DNA of 64,000 nucleotides from contig OZ244136.1 in assembly GCA_965215975.1 (NCBI GenBank), positions 1,358,418 through 1,422,417 of the forward strand. Reading direction: 5' to 3'. A program made the position numbers and the translations under genes. This stretch comes from Dehalococcoidia bacterium (lineage in GTDB: Bacteria > Chloroflexota > Dehalococcoidia > Lucifugimonadales > UBA3495). This document shows, piece after piece, positions 18,855-27,767 of the stretch. Numbering within the stretch: the stretch's first letter is position 1; every line of letters begins with the position of its first letter. The notes below the pieces were generated by a model. The model was not told the origin of the DNA. It saw nothing but the letters and a program-made list of their open reading frames with translations, and searched no databases.

Positions 18855-19736
18855 GTGAAAATACGTGAAATTCTCCAGCAAAAACGCACCGTCTCCTGCG
18901 AGTTCTTCCCACCCAGGGAAGAGGAGGGGATTCCCGCCGTTTTTCGCGCCATTGACCGGGTTGGAGCCTTCAACCCCGACTTCGTATCTGTTACCTACGG
19001 CGCCGGTGGCTCCACCCGCGCCTTCACCGAACGCATTACCATGCAGGTGAAGCAGGAAACCGACCTTGAGGTTATGGCCCACCTGACCTGCGTGGCCCAG
19101 ACCCGCGAAGAGGTAAACGAGGTTCTTGGCCGCCTGGACGAGGCCGGTGTCGAAAACGTCATTGCCCTGCGCGGTGACCCGCCCCGGGGCCAGGAAGATT
19201 TCGTTCCGACTGAAGGCGGCTTTGGTCATGCCACTGAACTGATCGACCACATCCGGTCCAACTTCGACTTTGGCCTGGCCGCCGCCTGCTATCCCGAAGG
19301 CCACACCGAGTCCCCTGACCTGGACTGGGATATTCGTTTTGCTCGAGAAAAAGTGGACCGGGGGGCCGACTTCCTGATAACCCAGCTTTTCTACGATAAT
19401 CGTTACTTCTTCGAGTTTATGGAGCGGGCGCAAAAGGCCGGTATAGACGTTCCTGTCATCCCCGGGGTGCTGCCCATTCTCAACACGGCCCAGATACGTC
19501 GCTTTACCTCCCTATGCGGCGCTTCCATTCCACCGGAACTGGACAGCAAGCTGGAAGTGTATGCCGAGGACGACAATGCGGTGCGGGAATTGGGCGTGGA
19601 ATTCGCCTCCCGGCAGGTGGAAGAGCTATGGGAGAATGGGGTGCCGGGTATCCACTTCTACGTCCTCAATCGCAGCTACTCAGTGTCCCGGATCCTGGCC
19701 AATTTGAACCTGCCCGGCCACGCCGCTCCCGACTAG
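18855..19736 (+). CDS. metF: Methylenetetrahydrofolate reductase
   Basis: SCEFFPPR, VSVTYGAGGSTR, IALRGDPP and DFLITQLFYD motifs. GTG start. Confidence 0.9.
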   Translation: MKIREILQQKRTVSCEFFPPREEEGIPAVFRAIDRVGAFNPDFVSVTYGAGGSTRAFTERITMQVKQETDLEVMAHLTCVAQTREEVNEVLGRLDEAGVENVIALRGDPPRGQEDFVPTEGGFGHATELIDHIRSNFDFGLAAACYPEGHTESPDLDWDIRFAREKVDRGADFLITQLFYDNRYFFEFMERAQKAGIDVPVIPGVLPILNTAQIRRFTSLCGASIPPELDSKLEVYAEDDNAVRELGVEFASRQVEELWENGVPGIHFYVLNRSYSVSRILANLNLPGHAAPD

Positions 19737-19833
19737 TCCAGCTTTCGGGTTAACAACTCCTTTTCATTGCGGATTGGGTAAGTCTGGTTCCCCTCGTCCT
19801 CTGGGTGAGGACCGGGGGTGAGGGTATAAGACG

Positions 19834-20283
19834 ATGACCCAACTGACCACCGGCGTTGATATCATCGAGATACCCCGCATTGCGAGGGTGCTTGAGCAGT
19901 ACGGCCAGCGTTTCTTGCGCCGTATATTCACCCCCGGCGAGATAGAGTACTGCCGCGAACGCCCCCCCAACCTGGCCGCTCGCTTCGCCTCCAAGGAAGC
20001 CACCATGAAGGCCCTGGGCACCGGAGTTCGGGGCGTGGCCTGGAAGGACATTGAAGTCGTTCGGGCCCCCAGCGGCGCCCCGTCAATTGTGCTTCATGGC
20101 CGCGCCAAAGCCCGCGCCGAAAGGCTGGGCGTCCAGGAAATCTCCCTTAGCATTTCCCACTCCCGCGAGTACGCCGTTGCCTTCGTGGTAACCCAGTGCG
20201 ACTCGTCCCCTCAACTTGAATCTGCACCGCCGAGCGACGAGCAATCTTCCCCCCTCTCCCGTGGGGAGAGGGGCCCGGCGTGA
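19834..20283 (+). CDS. acpS: Holo-[acyl-carrier-protein] synthase with a ~25-aa repeat-derived C-terminal tail
   Basis: GVDIIEIPRI and FASKEATMKALG motifs. The last codons (SSPLSRGERGPA) are encoded by the hairpin at 20251-20273. Confidence 0.88.
   Translation: MTQLTTGVDIIEIPRIARVLEQYGQRFLRRIFTPGEIEYCRERPPNLAARFASKEATMKALGTGVRGVAWKDIEVVRAPSGAPSIVLHGRAKARAERLGVQEISLSISHSREYAVAFVVTQCDSSPQLESAPPSDEQSSPLSRGERGPA
20251..20273. repeat. REP-like GC hairpin (PLSRGERG class) at the acpS/nnr junction
   Basis: CCCCTCTCCC-gtg-GGGAGAGGGG perfect 10-bp stem. A related weaker hairpin GTCCTC-tgggt-GAGGAC followed by cGGGGGTGAGGG lies upstream of acpS at 19796-19824. Confidence 0.6.
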
Positions 20284-20289
20284 AGGGCA

Positions 20290-21891
20290 GTGTCCGCCAA
20301 CCTGAAAGTGGTAACCGCTGCCCAGATGACCGCCTTGGAGCAGGAATCGGAGCGGCAGGGCACCAGCACCGACACCCTCATGGAGAACGCCGGCCTGGCG
20401 GTAGCCCTGGAAGCCCGCCAGCGAATGGGCGGCGTGGCTGGCGCCGGGGTAGTGGTCCTCGTTGGTCCCGGCAACAACGGCGCCGACGGCCTGGTGGTGG
20501 CCCGGCACCTGCGCCGGTGGGGTGCGGAGGTTACCGCCTGCCTGCTGACCAGTCGTCCTGACCCCGACCCCAAGGCTGATCTGGCTCGCAGTTATGGCGT
20601 GTCCGTACTGGCTTTGGGCGAAGATACAGAGGTCGAATTTCTTGACGGCCTCCTCGCTCGCAGCCGCCTGGTCATAGACGCCATACTGGGCACCGGCCGT
20701 TCCCGCCCCTTGCAGGGACTGGTGCGGGAAGTTCTGTTGCGGGTGGCCGCTACTCGCAAGCGTAGTCGCCGTCCCTTGCTGCTGGCCCTCGACTTGCCCA
20801 CCGGGCTGAATGCCGACACCGGCGCCGTAGACGACGCTACTCCCGTCATGGACGCCACCCTGGCCCTCGGCTTTCCCAAGGCCGGGCTGCTGGCCTTTCC
20901 CGGCGCCGAGCGGGTGGGGGAACTGGTGACCCTGGATATTGGCTTGCCCGATGGTGTGGGCCAGGATGATATTTCCCTGGAACTATTGACTGTCGATTGG
21001 GTCAGTTCTCAGATACCACCACGCCCGTTGGACTCCCACAAGGGCACCTACGGCCATCTGCTGGTGGTGGCCGGTTCCCGCAACTTTGTGGGAGCGGCGT
21101 GCCTGGTGGCCCGGGCAGCCCACCGCGCCGGAGCCGGGCTGGTAACCCTGGCCACGCCGGAAAGCGTCTATCCCATCGTGGCCTCCCAGCTTACCGAGAC
21201 CATACACTTGCCCCTGCCCGAGGACGCCGAGGGCCGGGTGCATGCCGACGCTGCCCAGGTTATCCATGAAGGCCTGACCCGTTACGATGCGCTGGCCGTG
21301 GGCAGTGGCTTGGGCCAGTCCGAAAATACCCTGGCGTTTATCGAAGGGCTGCTTGTGGACGGACCGGTTTCAACCATCCCTACCCTGGTGGACGCCGACG
21401 GCCTGAACAACCTGGCCCGTCTGCCCGACTGGTGGCAACGACGCTCCGGCCCGCTGGTTCTGACTCCCCATCCCGGCGAAATGGCTACTCTTACCGGCCT
21501 CTCCACGCTGGAGGTGCAGCGGGACCGCGCAGCAATGGCCCGGCAGTGGGCCACCCAATGGCAGGCCGTGGTCGTACTGAAAGGTGCCTTTACCGCTGTA
21601 GCTGAGCCGTCAGTACCCTCAACCAATGGAGAGCAGTATGAAGGGTTGGTGCGTTTATCCCCTTTTGCCAACCCCGGCCTGGCCTCCGGAGGCACCGGAG
21701 ATGTGCTGACCGGCATTATCGGCAGCTTGCTGGCTCAAGGTTTGGCTCCCTTCGATGCTTCCGGTTGCGGCGTGTACCTGCACGGTCAGGCGGCGGCAGC
21801 CGTCACCTCCGCACAGGGCCCCGTCGGCCTGCTGGCCTCGGAAGTGTCTGAAGCCTTGCCGCTGACCATCAATTCCCTCCGGCCAGGCTGA
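20290..21891 (+). CDS. nnr: Bifunctional NAD(P)H-hydrate repair enzyme (epimerase + ADP-dependent dehydratase)
   Basis: YjeF_N motif GPGNNGADGLVVARHL; C-terminal kinase-like HKGTYGHLLVVAGS and GGTGDVLTGIIGSLLAQG. Confidence 0.9.
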   Translation: MSANLKVVTAAQMTALEQESERQGTSTDTLMENAGLAVALEARQRMGGVAGAGVVVLVGPGNNGADGLVVARHLRRWGAEVTACLLTSRPDPDPKADLARSYGVSVLALGEDTEVEFLDGLLARSRLVIDAILGTGRSRPLQGLVREVLLRVAATRKRSRRPLLLALDLPTGLNADTGAVDDATPVMDATLALGFPKAGLLAFPGAERVGELVTLDIGLPDGVGQDDISLELLTVDWVSSQIPPRPLDSHKGTYGHLLVVAGSRNFVGAACLVARAAHRAGAGLVTLATPESVYPIVASQLTETIHLPLPEDAEGRVHADAAQVIHEGLTRYDALAVGSGLGQSENTLAFIEGLLVDGPVSTIPTLVDADGLNNLARLPDWWQRRSGPLVLTPHPGEMATLTGLSTLEVQRDRAAMARQWATQWQAVVVLKGAFTAVAEPSVPSTNGEQYEGLVRLSPFANPGLASGGTGDVLTGIIGSLLAQGLAPFDASGCGVYLHGQAAAAVTSAQGPVGLLASEVSEALPLTINSLRPG

Positions 21892-22161
21892 ACGCAGTCA
21901 ACCTTTCTGCTCACCAGAGTGCGCTCCGGGTATAGGTGCAATGCCCGCTACAATGCTACGTTTGGGGCTGCGTTTGGAGGCACTCCAGCCGGCTGCCTGT
22001 GCACATAATCCCAAAATGCCCGAAACTGGTATCCGGGACGGCTGTTGACCGGGAGCCTTATGTTATACTCTAAATACATCCTCAGCTACAAAGTTGTGTC
22101 TGAACGCAGCGTCCGCCCACCTCCGGCGGCCGTTTAAGTACGGAAAGTGTGAGGGGGTGTC

Positions 22162-23085
22162 ATGCCTCTGGAAAAATTCCTCGAAGATCTTGCCGACCCG
22201 TCAGTCCCCCTGATTAACTCCGACTTCATCGAGATCTCCGACCTGTCGCCGGCCGAGTTGGGCGTCTTCGCCCGCTCCTGGTTCCGGCTTTCCCAGGTAC
22301 GGAAGCGAGCCATAATCGCCACCATGGTTGAGCTGGCCGAGGACAGCGCGGAGCTCGACTTCTGTACAGTCTTCAAGATGTGCCTCAAAGACGACGATGA
22401 ATGGGTTCTCGAAAAGGCCATCGATGGACTGTGGGAATACGAAGACCGGTCTGTCCTGTCGGGGTTGATCCAGGTATTGACTTCCGACCGGGGGCCGGAC
22501 GTGCGCGCCGCCGCCGCCGCCGCCCTGGGTAAATTCTGCGTCCTGGCCCAGGAGGGACACCTGCTTCCAGGGGACGTAAGCAACATCCGCGATACTCTTA
22601 TGGCCCTCCTGCATGACACGGATGAAAGCCTGGAAGTCCGCCGCCGCAGCCTGGAAGCAGTGGCGCCCTTCAACACGCCCGACATCCGTGACTACGTTTG
22701 CTGGGCTTACCAGACCGAGGACTTGATGCTAAAGTCCAGCGCCATATTTGCCATGGGCCGCACCGGCGACGTTAGCTGGCTCCCCACGCTCATTGAAGAA
22801 CTGGACAACCAGGAACCGGCCCTCCGCTACGAGACGGCCAATGCCTGCGGCGACCTCGGCGAGGAGGATGTGGTTCCCCACTTGATAGGCTTGTTGGAAG
22901 ACGACGACTTCGATGTGCAGGTAGCGTGCCTTAACGCCCTGGGGAAAATAGGCGGCCCTCTGGCCAAGGGGGCGCTGCTGCGCTGCATAGAGGAGGGAGA
23001 CGTATCTCTGGAAGAGGCGGCACTGGCCGCCCTCGATAACGTGGTGTTCCTGGAAGACCCCATGGCCTTCGCCCCGGAAGTTTAG
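22162..23085 (+). CDS. HEAT-repeat (PBS-lyase-like) protein
   Basis: Repeated HEAT-like units (DVRAAAAAALG; LEVRRRSLEAV; ALRYETANACGDLG; DVQVACLNALGKIG). Confidence 0.7.
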   Translation: MPLEKFLEDLADPSVPLINSDFIEISDLSPAELGVFARSWFRLSQVRKRAIIATMVELAEDSAELDFCTVFKMCLKDDDEWVLEKAIDGLWEYEDRSVLSGLIQVLTSDRGPDVRAAAAAALGKFCVLAQEGHLLPGDVSNIRDTLMALLHDTDESLEVRRRSLEAVAPFNTPDIRDYVCWAYQTEDLMLKSSAIFAMGRTGDVSWLPTLIEELDNQEPALRYETANACGDLGEEDVVPHLIGLLEDDDFDVQVACLNALGKIGGPLAKGALLRCIEEGDVSLEEAALAALDNVVFLEDPMAFAPEV

Positions 23086-23164
23086 CCGGCGCTCTTCCTT
23101 CCGGTGCCAGCTTCAGCAGTTCACCTGCGGGCGTAAAGTAATTGGGCATCCGCTCATCCAGAGC

Positions 23165-23731
23165 TTGTCGAAAGACTCCCGCAAGGAAAGGCACAAAACC
23201 TTGTTCCAACTCTCCCACGAACAAGCCCGGCTTCTGGCATCAGCGCCCGTCGGCCACCTCTCCACCGCCAGCAAGTCTGGCGCCCCCCACGTAATACCGG
23301 TATGCTTTGCCCTGGACCCTCAGGCAGAGGAGAGCCCAATCTACATCGTCCTGGACCAGAAACCCAAGCGGGCTGCACTAACCCGCCTGCGCCGTGTCCG
23401 CAACATCCTGGAAAACCCCCGGGTTGCCCTGGTGGTGGACCACTACGACGCCGACTGGACCCACCTCTGGTACATCCTGTTAACGGGTAGAGCGGAACTG
23501 TTGGAATTGGACGACCCTGTGGAAAACGAAAATGATGAGGCAGAGAACCTGTCCGTTCATCCTGCGCCTGTCGAAAGACGCAACGCAATCGACGAACGCC
23601 GCCACGCCATCCAACTCCTCCGCCAGAAATACCCCCAATACCGGGAAATGGACATCGACTATAACCCGGTAATCAAGATTACCCCACAGCGGGTAGTTGC
23701 CTGGTCTTATACACCCGAATCCACTCCATAG
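23165..23731 (+). CDS. PPOX-class (pyridoxamine 5'-phosphate oxidase-like), probably F420-dependent, oxidoreductase
   Basis: LSHEQARLLASAPVGHLSTASKSGAPHVIPVCFAL...LRRVRNILENPRVALVVDHYDADWTHLWYILLTGRAELL. Start is uncertain: the TTG at 23165 lies inside a repeat copy, and an in-frame TTG at 23201 is the alternative. Confidence 0.7.
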   Translation: MSKDSRKERHKTLFQLSHEQARLLASAPVGHLSTASKSGAPHVIPVCFALDPQAEESPIYIVLDQKPKRAALTRLRRVRNILENPRVALVVDHYDADWTHLWYILLTGRAELLELDDPVENENDEAENLSVHPAPVERRNAIDERRHAIQLLRQKYPQYREMDIDYNPVIKITPQRVVAWSYTPESTP

Positions 23732-23771
23732 CCTCCTGCCAACCCTTCCCTACTGTGTTAAATTACCTCCC

Positions 23772-24227
23772 ATGACGTACACGTGGGACAAGGCCACAGT
23801 CGGCGACACCGCGTCGCCGCATACCGTTGAAGTAACTGACGAGCAGATTGCCGCCTATTGTCGAGCGGCCCGTTACGAGAACCTGGTCTACACCAACCAG
23901 CCAGCCGCCCGGGAAACCGGACTTCCCGGCATCGTCGCCCCGCCGGCCATGGTCCTGTCTTTCGCCCAACCCCAATTGGTCGAAGTGGCCGCCGCGCGGG
24001 ACTGTTCCCTGCCCGCCGACCTTTCCCGTAACCCTACCGGCATCGCCATTCGCTTCCAGGGAGTCCTGGTAACCCCCAACGACACCATTACCGCCCAAAC
24101 CCAACTTACCGCCAAGCACGAAAAGGAGGGCAGCCGGTACCTGACCTTCACCGTAACTGCCCACAACCAGGAGGGGGTGTTGGTCGCGGAGTATGACGTG
24201 GAGTACTTGTGGGAAGCTGATGGGTAG
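23772..24227 (+). CDS. MaoC-like/hotdog-fold dehydratase-domain protein
   Basis: ~150-aa protein with a hotdog-like pattern (ITAQTQLTAKHEKEGSRYLTFTVTAHNQEGVLVAEYDVEYLW). The internal ATG at 23772 is preferred over the track start 23697, which overlaps the previous gene. Confidence 0.55.
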   Translation: MTYTWDKATVGDTASPHTVEVTDEQIAAYCRAARYENLVYTNQPAARETGLPGIVAPPAMVLSFAQPQLVEVAAARDCSLPADLSRNPTGIAIRFQGVLVTPNDTITAQTQLTAKHEKEGSRYLTFTVTAHNQEGVLVAEYDVEYLWEADG

Positions 24228-24275
24228 GTCAAGTGTGGTTACTGCTTCAGAATTGCCCATACTTGAGGAATGCCG

Positions 24276-24548
24276 ATGCGTTGGACATGGGATCCGGAAA
24301 AGGACAGAGAAAATTGGCGAAAGCATCAAGTAGGGTTCGAAACCGTACAATTGGTTTTCCTGGATCCATTTATGCTCATGCAGGAAGATGTCTTCCCAGA
24401 TGAACAATGATGGCGTTCATTGGGTAGCATTGAGGGGGAAGTATTTCTGGTGGTCCACACTTGGCCAGGGTCAAAGGAGGAATCAGGACGAATAATAACC
24501 GCTCGTAAGGCCACTCCCAATGAAAGAGGAATTTATGAAGAGGGCTAG
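24276..24548 (+). pseudogene. brnT: BrnT-family (DUF497) toxin with an in-frame TGA at 24408-24410
   Basis: Hand translation gives MRWTWDPEKDRENWRKHQVGFETVQLVFLDPFMLMQEDVFPDEQ*WRSLGSIEGEVFLVVHTWPGSKEESGRIITARKATPNERGIYEEG. Both halves match the BrnT pattern (WD..K...N..KH.v.F......F.DP.....E.RW...G...VV......IRIISARKAT..ER..YE). The stop sits where Arg (CGA) is expected. Confidence 0.75.
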
Positions 24549-24855
24549 CATGCGATTCACCGACAACCAAGAAGAGGATCTCGAAGCAATAAGAAACCTT
24601 CCTGATGACGCGATAGACACCTCCGACGCTCCTGAAATACTCGACTGGGACAAGGCTAAACGCGGACTCCTGTACCGGCCAGTCAAGCAGGAAGTGATTC
24701 TTTCTTTGGATAAGTACGTCATAGAATGGTTCGAGTCAGCCGACTCTGACCCGGAGAAGCGGCACGAAACCATCAACAAGGTCCTGATGGAACATATCAG
24801 AGATTGCGAGTTTCCCGCCAACAAGGGAAGCAAAGAAGCATCAGGTACCGATTAG
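24520..24855 (+). CDS. brnA: BrnA-family antitoxin
   Basis: DDAIDTSDAPEILDWDKAKRGLLYRPVKQEVILSLDKYVIEWFES...INKVLMEHI matches the BrnA pattern. Overlaps the 3' end of brnT. An alternative ATG lies at 24535. Confidence 0.8.
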   Translation: MKEEFMKRASMRFTDNQEEDLEAIRNLPDDAIDTSDAPEILDWDKAKRGLLYRPVKQEVILSLDKYVIEWFESADSDPEKRHETINKVLMEHIRDCEFPANKGSKEASGTD

Positions 24856-25081
24856 TCGATATCCTCTCCTTTGCTGTCCAAAGTGTTCTTGTCCTCTTAG
24901 TAATGCCTCCGCGTACTTCCGCGTCTCTTCTGGCCACCACGGTGAAAGATCCTCCCGATGCCGTTGCTCCAAGTTTGACTTGCCATTTGGCACCTTGGCC
25001 CGAGACGGGTAATATGGTGGGCATTAAGTCCGAACTAAGCCACTTTGCAGGCAACATTCTCAACGGGAGGAACAAACCACC

Positions 25082-26731
25082 ATGGACGGCATTACCGCAA
25101 TAGCCAACGTACTTAAGCTGGAGGGGGTGGACTTCATCGGCTGCATGCCCTCCAATCCCCTCATCGAAGCCGCTGCCATCGCCGGCATCCGGCCCATCGT
25201 CTTCCGCCAGGAACGCACCGGCGTGCATATGGCCGACGGCTTTTCCCGCATTAATAACGGCAAGCGCACCGGCATTTTCCTGATGCAGGCCGGCCCCGGC
25301 GCGGAAAACGCCTTCGGTGGCGTCGCCCAGGCCTACGCCGACTCGGTGCCCATTCTGCTCCTTCCGGCCGGCGCGGCCAGGCACCGGCAGGGCATCGACC
25401 CGGTATTCAGCCCCACCCGCAGCTACGAAAGCATCACCAAGTGGACGGCCCAGATTAACTACGCTGACCGCGTCCCCGAATTGATGCGCCAGGCCTTTAC
25501 CAAGCTGCGCTCCGGCAAGCCAGGTCCCGTGCTCCTGGAAATGCCCGGTGACCTCATCTCCGAGGAAATCGGTGAGGAGCAGTTCGACTACGAACCACCC
25601 CAGGTCTTGCGCTCCGCCGGCGACCCCGAAGCCGTTGCCCGGGCTGCTCGCGCCCTGCTTTCCGCCCAGCGGCCCGTCATCACCGCCGGCCAGGGAGTGC
25701 TCTACGCCGAGGCTACCGACCAACTGGTGGAGTTGGCCGAGTTCCTGCAAATACCCGTAATGACCACCCTGGAAGGCAAGAGCGCCTTTCCCGAGAACCA
25801 TCCCCTGTCCCTGGGCATCGGGGGATCCAGCCAGACCGGCCAGGTCCACCGCTTCCTCACCGGCGCCGACACGGTGTTCGCCGCTGGCGCCAGCATGATC
25901 AAGAGCAACTTTACCGCTCCCCTCCCGCTGGGCAAGACTCTCATCCATACCACCAACGCCGACGCTGACATCAACAAGGACTACAAGGCCGACTATCCGG
26001 TGGTGGGCGACGCCAGGTTGGTGCTGGGCCAGTTCCTTGAGGAGATAAAACGGCAGTCCGGCGGCCAGGCCCGTCCCGCCAACCAGGAGTTGATCGACGA
26101 AATCAAGGCTTCCCGCCAGGAGTGGCTGGACCAGTGGCTGCCTCGCCTGACTTCCGACGAGGTGCCCCTGAACCCCTACCGGGTGATCTGGGAAATAATG
26201 CACACTGTGGACTTGAACAACACCATCGTTACCCACGAATCGGGCAGCCCCCGCGAGCAGGTCTCGCCCTTCTGGGAGGCCCGCGCCCCCCGCAGCTTCA
26301 TCGGCTGGGGCAAGTCTACCCAGCTGGGCTACAGCCTGGGCCTGGCCATGGGCGCCAAGCTGGCCGCCCCGGAGAAGCTGGTTATCAACTTCATGGGCGA
26401 CACTGCCTTCGGTATGGTGGGCCTGGACGTAGAGACGGCGGTTCGGGAGCGTATACCCATCACCACCGTGGTCCTGAACAACAGCACCATGGCCATCTAC
26501 GCCGACAGCCGCATTCCCACCGCCGTGGCCCGCTACAACATCAAGCAGACTGGCGGCAATTACGCCGACATGTCCCGGGCCATGGGCGCCTACGCCGAGC
26601 GCATCACCGAACCCGACGAAATTGCGCCGGCCATGCGCCGCGTCCAGGAACGCAACGAGGCCGGCGAGTTTGCCCTGTTGGAGTTCATCACCAAGGAGGA
26701 GGGAGCCTACTCCAAGTACCAGTTCGTGTAG
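25082..26731 (+). CDS. Thiamine-pyrophosphate-dependent enzyme (acetolactate synthase/sulfoacetaldehyde acetyltransferase-like)
   Basis: N-terminal Pyr domain (GVDFIGCMPSNPLIEAA...GPGAENAFGGVAQAYADSVPILLL) and C-terminal TPP-binding motif (FMGDTAFGM...VVLNNS). Confidence 0.85.
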   Translation: MDGITAIANVLKLEGVDFIGCMPSNPLIEAAAIAGIRPIVFRQERTGVHMADGFSRINNGKRTGIFLMQAGPGAENAFGGVAQAYADSVPILLLPAGAARHRQGIDPVFSPTRSYESITKWTAQINYADRVPELMRQAFTKLRSGKPGPVLLEMPGDLISEEIGEEQFDYEPPQVLRSAGDPEAVARAARALLSAQRPVITAGQGVLYAEATDQLVELAEFLQIPVMTTLEGKSAFPENHPLSLGIGGSSQTGQVHRFLTGADTVFAAGASMIKSNFTAPLPLGKTLIHTTNADADINKDYKADYPVVGDARLVLGQFLEEIKRQSGGQARPANQELIDEIKASRQEWLDQWLPRLTSDEVPLNPYRVIWEIMHTVDLNNTIVTHESGSPREQVSPFWEARAPRSFIGWGKSTQLGYSLGLAMGAKLAAPEKLVINFMGDTAFGMVGLDVETAVRERIPITTVVLNNSTMAIYADSRIPTAVARYNIKQTGGNYADMSRAMGAYAERITEPDEIAPAMRRVQERNEAGEFALLEFITKEEGAYSKYQFV

Positions 26732-26766
26732 CTTTCTCGATCCACGAAGGACACGACAGTCCAATG

Positions 26767-26885
26767 TTGTCATTCTGAGGAGCGCAGCGACGAAGAATCC
26801 CAACCGTCACTTGGCAGACATCGTGCGCACTGGCAACCACGTAAAAGTCCACAGTTGGGATTCTTCTCTTCGTTCAGAATGACAA
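26767..26885. repeat. Long imperfect inverted repeat (REP-like, 'cattctga...gaagaatc' class)
   Basis: Left arm TTGTCATTCTGA-ggagcgcagcgac-GAAGAATCCCAAC (26767-26804) and right arm GTTGGGATTCTTC-tcttcgt-TCAGAATGACAA (26854-26885). The outer 12 nt and inner 13 nt are perfectly complementary, separated by a 49-nt spacer. Confidence 0.75.
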
Positions 26886-26993
26886 TGGGGTTGAGAGGGG
26901 CCGGGAAAGGGAGGGTAACTGACACTTGCCCATTGCGTGTGCAACTCCGCCCGCCCCACAATGTCCCGGCGCAACCGGCGCAGGGAGACACCG

Positions 26994-27752
26994 ATGGTCA
27001 TCATAGTTGCACCGGACACCGTTCCAGTTCAGGTCGAGGCGGACCCGTCACTCTCAACCAACTATCAGCCTAAAATCCGGGACATGCCCCAGGGTGAGCG
27101 GCCCCGCGAACGGCTTCGGGACTACGGCCCCCGCTACCTCAGCAACGCCGAGCTTATCGCCATCCTGCTGCGCACCGGCATCCAGGGGGAGAATGTGCTG
27201 GCTATGTCCAACCGCCTGCTCAGCCGTTTCGGCGGGCTGGACGGCCTGGGCCGCAGTACCTTCGCCGAGTTGTGCGCTGAACGGGGACTCAGCGAGGCCA
27301 AGGCCAGCCAGCTTATGGCCGCCCTGGAGTTGGGCCGCCGCTTCATTTCCCTGGCTCCCCAGGACCGGGCGCAGATAAACTCGCCCCAGGATGTGGCTAA
27401 CCTGCTGCAAGCTGAAATGGCTTCGTTGGAGCAGGAACATCTGAGGGTGCTGCTGCTCAACACCAAGAACCAGGTGCTCAGCACTGTTGAGGTCTACGTG
27501 GGCAACGTCAACAGTTCCATCGTTCGTCCTTCGGAAGTGTTCCGGCCGGCGGTGCGCGACAATGCTCCGTCAAGCATCGTGGCCCACAACCACCCCTCCG
27601 GCGACCCTACACCCAGCCCGGAAGATGTCAGCATCACCCGCGAGCTTGTATCCGCCGGCAAGCTGCTGGGAATAGACCTGCTGGACCACCTGGTGATCGG
27701 CAGCGGCGGCCGCTACGTCAGCCTCAACGAACGCAAGCTGGGGTTTGAGTAA
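26994..27752 (+). CDS. radC: RadC-family JAB-domain protein (UPF0758)
   Basis: ERPRERLRDYGPRYLSNAELIAILLRTG N-terminal HhH region and JAMM motif HNHPSGDPTPSPED. Start is uncertain (26937 or 26994). Confidence 0.88.
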   Translation: MVIIVAPDTVPVQVEADPSLSTNYQPKIRDMPQGERPRERLRDYGPRYLSNAELIAILLRTGIQGENVLAMSNRLLSRFGGLDGLGRSTFAELCAERGLSEAKASQLMAALELGRRFISLAPQDRAQINSPQDVANLLQAEMASLEQEHLRVLLLNTKNQVLSTVEVYVGNVNSSIVRPSEVFRPAVRDNAPSSIVAHNHPSGDPTPSPEDVSITRELVSAGKLLGIDLLDHLVIGSGGRYVSLNERKLGFE

Positions 27753-27767
27753 TGTAGGGTAGCGCCG

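Noticed and set aside
22045-22069. Promoter-like TTGACC ... TATACT upstream of the HEAT-repeat gene
   Set aside because: The spacer is only 13 nt. The alternative -10 element TAAATA would need a 20-nt spacer. Neither fits sigma70 geometry.
24797-26803. 668-aa ORF antisense to the TPP-dependent enzyme. Similar long antisense ORFs lie at 60334-62166, 44379-46037, 48867-50069, 7624-8520, 3559-4506, 5431-6420, 38543-39892 and 57047-58177.
   Set aside because: All lie opposite ORFs with clear family motifs. They have biased G/A/V/H/L composition and lack recognisable domains, so I treat them as high-GC open-frame artefacts.
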